From a virus, in IMG/VR virus record IMGVR_UViG_3300047496_000172, positions 32,001-96,000 of that record: DNA of 64,000 bases. One strand, 5' to 3'. Under the pieces are notes generated by a model, which saw only the letters and a list, made by a program, of their open reading frames with translations, searched no databases and was not told where the DNA came from. Shown here in pieces: positions 58,740 through 64,000 of the stretch; within the stretch, counting starts at the first letter, position 1; every line of letters begins with the position of its first letter. Made by a program: the position numbers and the translations under genes.

Positions 58740-59462
58740 ATGAGTATAACGACGATAAACAATATTGTTTCGAGTGGATTACTAGCTGATAGACCAACTT
58801 CTCCTTCGCTGGTAGCTCCATCAACAGGTTCTAAACCATCTGTATTCTATTTGGCAACGGATGTTCCGGCTGCGTATGCTTGGGATTTTACGAACGCTGT
58901 TTGGATACTTATAGGAAGTAAAAAAGTGCCTTTACTATCCAATTTTACAATTGGTAATCAACCTGCTGGTAGCACTTTTTCTGATACTTCTACGGGAATT
59001 GTGATGCAAGGACCATCACAAAGTTTGGTATTGCAAGCTTTAGAATATAATACTGCGTTAACTTCTACATCTTTTACTATAATTGCCCATGTATTACCTG
59101 CATTTGGAACTGGTAATAGCGGAGCCGGTATATTTGTTCGGGATGCCTCAGGTAAAGTCGTTCAGTGGGGAACAAGTCCACCCGCTGCATCAGGGCAACT
59201 TGAAAATCTCAATTATTGGAATACATATACAAGTTTTAACAGCAATCCTGTAAATTTTACTGGTGCAGCACAATATTGGATAAAAATGACATCTGATGGC
59301 ACTACTTTTAGCTTCTATAATGGAACAGATATGAATGCTATGGCTTTACGAACAACCGCTTCCGCAACAGCTTTTATTGGAACACCCACGAAAGTTGGCA
59401 TATATCAATATCTTTATACTGAAGGTTTAACAACCGCATTTCCTTATTTTAGTTTGGCATAA
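58740..59462 (+). CDS. Virion protein with lectin-like domain
   Basis: GLLADRP...YLATD N-terminus; late box. Confidence 0.65.
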   Translation: MSITTINNIVSSGLLADRPTSPSLVAPSTGSKPSVFYLATDVPAAYAWDFTNAVWILIGSKKVPLLSNFTIGNQPAGSTFSDTSTGIVMQGPSQSLVLQALEYNTALTSTSFTIIAHVLPAFGTGNSGAGIFVRDASGKVVQWGTSPPAASGQLENLNYWNTYTSFNSNPVNFTGAAQYWIKMTSDGTTFSFYNGTDMNAMALRTTASATAFIGTPTKVGIYQYLYTEGLTTAFPYFSLA

Positions 59463-59464
59463 TT

Positions 59465-61285
59465 ATGGTAGATTCCACTCTCAATTCATTTATTAGTCGC
59501 GGCCCTTCTACTAATAGAATAGCCTATACACCTTCTCCACCTACCCCAGCGGTTGGTGCAGATTTAGGATATTTTTGGTTCGAAACTGATACCGGATATC
59601 TGTATTCCTGGAATGGAAGTTCTTGGATAAATCTCACTATAAGTTCAAGTAATGATCCTAATCTCAAAGGACTTATTCAACTTATTGATTTTACGACTGT
59701 ATCCGGGCCATCTGTTTTAGATAACATTAATGGTAATAATGTTTTCATCGTAAACTATTCTTCAGGTGCTGCTTCAGGTTTAGGCTATGAAACTAATGGC
59801 TCTAGTAGTTATATAAATGCTGGTCCCTGTGCTATGGGTAGATATGAATTTACTATAGCAATTCGTTTCAAAACAACTTCAAATACAACTGGTCCTCAAT
59901 ATTTTACAGACCCAAGTTTATATAATCTCGCTCTTAGTGGAATTGGATACGATAGTGGACTTACAGTTCATAATGGTTATGCAGCTACGTGGGGATCGTG
60001 GAACACCAGTGCTGATTATAATTATGTATCCTCGATTTTAGTAAATGATGGTAATTTTCATACAATAGTTTGGACTTCTGATGGTAAAACAGTAAAAGTT
60101 TATGTCGATGGGGTAAATGCCGGAATCGATTATACCGGAACATTTAATTTACCTTACGGCAATCGTCCCGGTAGTGTGGCATATGACTATCCTTATATGG
60201 GCGCAGTTAATGTAAGCGATTTTGAAGGTGGTTTCTATGGCGGCCTTGACGCAACTTTTTCTCAATTAAGAGTGTATTCATACGGAATGACTTCTGGTGA
60301 AGTTGCAGCCTTAGATTTAACACAAAATTTAGTTGATATCACAACAAGTATTAGTAGCCCATTATACTATCCATCTGAACCAAAAGGTCGTCTAACTCTT
60401 ACGTCTGGCACGCCAATAATGTCGGCAGATGTTGTAGGCGGAACTTCAATATATTTCACTCCATATAAAGGTAAAAGTTTAGATTTATATGACGGAACAA
60501 ATTGGAAGCCATATTCTTATTCAGAATTGACTTTAGCGTTGGACACATCGAACCATGTCTCTGGACATATTTACGATATTTTTGTTTTCAAGCAATCTGG
60601 CACGATAACGATTGGCGCCGGTCCTGCATGGTCATCTTCTTCAGCACGAGGAACGGGAACGGGAACAACTGAATTAGATTTTTCTCTTGGATTACCTACA
60701 AATAAAAACGTCATAACATTAACAAATGGTTCTGGTGGTGGTTATACTAATATTTCAGTGAATACCGCGTTATATGTTGGTTCATTTTATGCAACAGGCA
60801 ATGGTCAGACTTCCCAACAATTCAATCCAGCCCCGGCAAATGGCGGGGCAAATCCTTTTATGGCATTATATAATGGATATCATAGAGCATTGGCGACTTG
60901 CCAAAATTTTGATGACACACTTGGAAATTCATCTCAAAGCGGTGGTTGGCAACCATTACGAAACAGCACTTCTAATAGAATAACATTTTTAGATGGTCTC
61001 GGACAATCTCAAATCGAAGGATGGTGTTCAGTATATTCTAGTGGAAATGCTAATGGGGGTATGAATTTTGATAGTGTGTCGGCTGTTCCTAAAATATGGT
61101 TTCAAGCGGATGGGTCTGGCACTAAATTTGTGACGGATCAATGGGCAGCCCAACTTGGTCTTCATTATGTTCAACAAATGATGTCGGCGGTCGGCCTCGG
61201 CGTCGGAAGTATAAATTTTTACACCAACGCATCGGCTCCTTATGCCTATCAAATTCAAAATCTTAGAGTATCATTGGAACTATAA
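59465..61285 (+). CDS. Fibre-like protein with LamG/ConA-like middle domain
   Basis: VNDGNFHTIV...YVDGV...SQLRVYS; flanks shared with 61286..62887. Confidence 0.75.
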   Translation: MVDSTLNSFISRGPSTNRIAYTPSPPTPAVGADLGYFWFETDTGYLYSWNGSSWINLTISSSNDPNLKGLIQLIDFTTVSGPSVLDNINGNNVFIVNYSSGAASGLGYETNGSSSYINAGPCAMGRYEFTIAIRFKTTSNTTGPQYFTDPSLYNLALSGIGYDSGLTVHNGYAATWGSWNTSADYNYVSSILVNDGNFHTIVWTSDGKTVKVYVDGVNAGIDYTGTFNLPYGNRPGSVAYDYPYMGAVNVSDFEGGFYGGLDATFSQLRVYSYGMTSGEVAALDLTQNLVDITTSISSPLYYPSEPKGRLTLTSGTPIMSADVVGGTSIYFTPYKGKSLDLYDGTNWKPYSYSELTLALDTSNHVSGHIYDIFVFKQSGTITIGAGPAWSSSSARGTGTGTTELDFSLGLPTNKNVITLTNGSGGGYTNISVNTALYVGSFYATGNGQTSQQFNPAPANGGANPFMALYNGYHRALATCQNFDDTLGNSSQSGGWQPLRNSTSNRITFLDGLGQSQIEGWCSVYSSGNANGGMNFDSVSAVPKIWFQADGSGTKFVTDQWAAQLGLHYVQQMMSAVGLGVGSINFYTNASAPYAYQIQNLRVSLEL

Positions 61286-62887
61286 ATGGCTGATTCAACT
61301 CTTAATTCATTCTTAGCAAGTGGCACTTCTACTGAGAGATTAGCTTTTACACCTAATCCTCCAACGCCTCCGTCTGGACCTAATCCAGGGTATTTCTGGT
61401 TCGAAACGGATACAGGTATAACTTATAGTTGGAATGGCACACAGTGGGTTCCTCTTGGAATGGTGTCAAACATCCAATTAGTTTCTAAACAATCAGTCTC
61501 CAATGTTTCAGAAGTAGATTTTACTGGTTTAGTTGCTGGATTTGATTATTTTGTTACCGCAAGCGAAGTATCTTCAAATGGTTCTAGCACGCATCCTCGT
61601 GTCCAAGTCGGGTATGGATCACCAATTACATGGGATACTACTGATTCAAATTATAATTCTGGTGGAGCATCTTATGAAGGAACTGGATTTGGGGGAACTT
61701 CCGGATGGAAGCTCATGGGTGAGGATGATGTATTAGCATACGACGGAATGATTTTTGAATTATTTGGTGAAGTTGAAAATGTTTCTCAACATCATTTTAA
61801 ATCATTTTATAGTAGAGCGGTATCATTTACCGGTGGTAGTTATGGTGTTTCTACTCCGAGAGCAGTAAATGGTTTACGTTTTTATATGAATTCTGGAAAT
61901 ATCTCAGGAAATTTTTATCTTTATTCTCGTAGCAAATCTACAAGTGTAGTTAATGATCCAAGCCAAGTCCTATACTATCCATCTGAACCAAAAGGTCGTC
62001 TAACTCTTACTTCCAATACGCCGGTAATGATAGCAGATGTTGTCAATAGCTCTAATGTATATTTCACTCCATATAAAGGTAAAAGTCTTGATATATTCGA
62101 TGGAAACTCTTGGAAACCTTATACATTTTCAGAACTACATTTGATATTAGATGCTACTAATCATGTAATTGGAAATATTTATGACATTTATACCTTTAAA
62201 GATTCTGGTGTAATCAAAATAGGTGCGGGACCAGCATGGGCGAATTCTGTTGCCGGAAGTTCTTCAAGAGGAACCGGAGCAGGAACAACAGAAATAGACA
62301 AATCGCAGGGACTTTGGACAAATAGTAATCAAATAAATCTCATTAACAATAGCGTCGTATATTCAAACGTTGCTGTTAATACTGCATTATATGTTGGCTC
62401 ATTATATACAACATATAATGCAGCAGCCTCGATGCAATTTAATCCTGGTGCGGCAAGTGGCGGGAGTAATTCCTACTTGGCCTTATATAATCCATATAAT
62501 AAAGTTTCAATATCTTCATATTCTTCTGAATCGGCCGGTGGTTTTACGACAACTAATGCAACACCTGAACCTCTAAATGGAAGCACTCATAATCGTATCA
62601 ATGTGTTGGATGGGTTGGGAGATATTTTTGTTGAGTTAAATTGGAGTAGCTATGTCATTTGTCCAGGCGGCGGTGTTCAATCTGGGATTGATGTCATTCG
62701 AAATGCAATAAGCGGATTTGGTTCAAATCTAACACCAAGAACACAATTTAATGGCCTTATTATCCTGCCGGGCAATAACACATGGACACCATTACTTGGT
62801 TTTTCCTACTATCAACTTTTACAGTTTACCAGTGGTGGAACAGCCACTTACTACAATGGTTTGATAAATGTTAATTTAAACATGTGA
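61286..62887 (+). CDS. Fibre-like protein, paralog with a different middle domain
   Basis: DSTLNSF...GYFWFETDTG N-terminus; YYPSEPKGRLTLTS C-module. Confidence 0.75.
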   Translation: MADSTLNSFLASGTSTERLAFTPNPPTPPSGPNPGYFWFETDTGITYSWNGTQWVPLGMVSNIQLVSKQSVSNVSEVDFTGLVAGFDYFVTASEVSSNGSSTHPRVQVGYGSPITWDTTDSNYNSGGASYEGTGFGGTSGWKLMGEDDVLAYDGMIFELFGEVENVSQHHFKSFYSRAVSFTGGSYGVSTPRAVNGLRFYMNSGNISGNFYLYSRSKSTSVVNDPSQVLYYPSEPKGRLTLTSNTPVMIADVVNSSNVYFTPYKGKSLDIFDGNSWKPYTFSELHLILDATNHVIGNIYDIYTFKDSGVIKIGAGPAWANSVAGSSSRGTGAGTTEIDKSQGLWTNSNQINLINNSVVYSNVAVNTALYVGSLYTTYNAAASMQFNPGAASGGSNSYLALYNPYNKVSISSYSSESAGGFTTTNATPEPLNGSTHNRINVLDGLGDIFVELNWSSYVICPGGGVQSGIDVIRNAISGFGSNLTPRTQFNGLIILPGNNTWTPLLGFSYYQLLQFTSGGTATYYNGLINVNLNM

Positions 62888-64000
62888 CTTGCATCGGAAA
62901 GTAAAGCCCCTCTACAAAGCCGCTCCAAGCTTCTTTCCTTACCAATAGCAGCCAAACATGTTCCAAGGTCAGGAGCAACCGTAGCACCCGTCAGAGCCGA
63001 TCTAATAACCGGCCCAATAACCTTCATCGGAATGTTCTCAGCATCTGCCAAATCATGAATAAGTTTATTCAGATATGCCGCACCAAAATTGCTGCAAATA
63101 GCTAAACCTTTTGACACCATATTAAGAATGTCGCGAGAACCGTCCTTAGAGAGAACTGCCTTGGCTTTGTCATCGTAAGTAATATCGGTGATAGCAAAAG
63201 TCATGTTTTTCGCCAAAGCTTCCACAGTAGGGGAACCTTCTACAAAAAGCGAAACCAGTTCATCAAGACGCGTGTAAGCATCAAGATAAAGAGCCATTTC
63301 TTTTAGATATGGATCAACCAACTTTACCAAACGATGAGTATCGGCATTGATAAGGTAATGACTATTGATATGGTTCAGTTTCTTGAAGTCGAACCTTGCT
63401 GGCGAAGAAACTACATCCTTGATAGCAAACCAAGCAGCGGCTTCATCATCAGAAAAGATTTCTGAATCTCCATGACCCCAACCAAGTCTTGTCAGATAAT
63501 TACGCATAGCTTCAGGTAGATAACCCTTATCTGCAAAATCTGTAACAGATGCGGCGCCATGTCGTTTAGAAAGCTTCTTTCCATCTTCCCCATGAATTAG
63601 AGGAATATGAGCGAATTCTGGAACAGACCATCCCATAGCTTCATAGATAAGCTTTTGACGAGGCGTATTGTTAACATGATCATCCCCACGAATGATCACG
63701 TTCACTCCGCTGTCATGGTCGTCCACAACTACGGCAAGATTATAGGTCGGCGATCCATCAGAACGAAGCAATACAAGATCATCAAGATTTTCGTTGTCAA
63801 ATGAAACAGTGCCTTTGACCAAATCATTGATCACGGTTTTGCCAGTCGTCGGACCCTTGAACCGAACAACATACGATCCAGAAATAGTCGGAAGTGTTCT
63901 TTCTTTTGGAATGCCATCTCGCCAAGTTGAACGAAATGCCTTACCTCTATTGGCGGCTTTCCACGCAGCGGTCTCTTCGGTTGTCATATAACACAGGTAA
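62851..64000 (-). CDS. gltX: Glutamyl-tRNA synthetase (5'-truncated by the window)
   Basis: LLRSDG.PTYNLAVVVDD, IRGDDH..NTP.Q, KLSKRHG, GYLPEA..NYL.RLGW. Confidence 0.93.
   Translation of the reverse strand, partial: YLCYMTTEETAAWKAANRGKAFRSTWRDGIPKERTLPTISGSYVVRFKGPTTGKTVINDLVKGTVSFDNENLDDLVLLRSDGSPTYNLAVVVDDHDSGVNVIIRGDDHVNNTPRQKLIYEAMGWSVPEFAHIPLIHGEDGKKLSKRHGAASVTDFADKGYLPEAMRNYLTRLGWGHGDSEIFSDDEAAAWFAIKDVVSSPARFDFKKLNHINSHYLINADTHRLVKLVDPYLKEMALYLDAYTRLDELVSLFVEGSPTVEALAKNMTFAITDITYDDKAKAVLSKDGSRDILNMVSKGLAICSNFGAAYLNKLIHDLADAENIPMKVIGPVIRSALTGATVAPDLGTCLAAIGKERSLERLCRGALLSDASHMFKLTFIKPL

Noticed and set aside
59465-62887. Diversity-generating retroelement
   Set aside because: No reverse transcriptase, and no adenine-specific TR/VR pair seen.
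62851-62887. 37-nt convergent overlap of gltX and the fibre gene as a regulatory feature
   Set aside because: Short tail-to-tail overlaps are common in this compact genome.
1-64000. Genome-wide UGA-to-Trp recoding
   Set aside because: Long genes are intact in code 11, and TGA acts as a real stop in ATGA overlaps (4649, 19047, 34493, 45609). The UGA in the release factor is gene-specific.

Overview
A 64-kb slice of an AT-rich jumbo (T4-superfamily-like) phage genome. The host is probably an Alphaproteobacterium, judging by two GcrA-like genes and a PEPxxWA-type PEP-CTERM protein. Two gene classes are interleaved. Host-like or early genes sit behind TTGAC-type promoters: ligA, cysS, gltX, adk, dCMP deaminase, an HD alarmone hydrolase, RNA-repair enzymes, a PspA-DUF1190-GspS module, and a complete prkA/yeaG-yeaH-spoVR set with an intein. 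Late/virion genes (neck protein, fibre-like paralog families, putative capsid-internal proteins) are preceded by an ATAAATA box only 4-6 nt before the ATG. The main observations are: (1) a domain-1-less RF1-like release factor with an in-frame UGA exactly at a conserved Trp and a hybrid SPT recognition motif, missed by the ORF track; (2) an ORF-free, heavily base-paired ~540-nt candidate large ncRNA; (3) apparently leaderless late mRNAs encoding proteins with capsid-targeting-like N-termini, including ADP-ribosyltransferase-like and HEXXH proteins; (4) a structured RNA leader plus terminator upstream of a RING/TerD gene; (5) extensive module shuffling among fibre-like genes. One tRNA-Thr(CGT) is present. 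All family assignments come from motif recognition by eye, not database searches.
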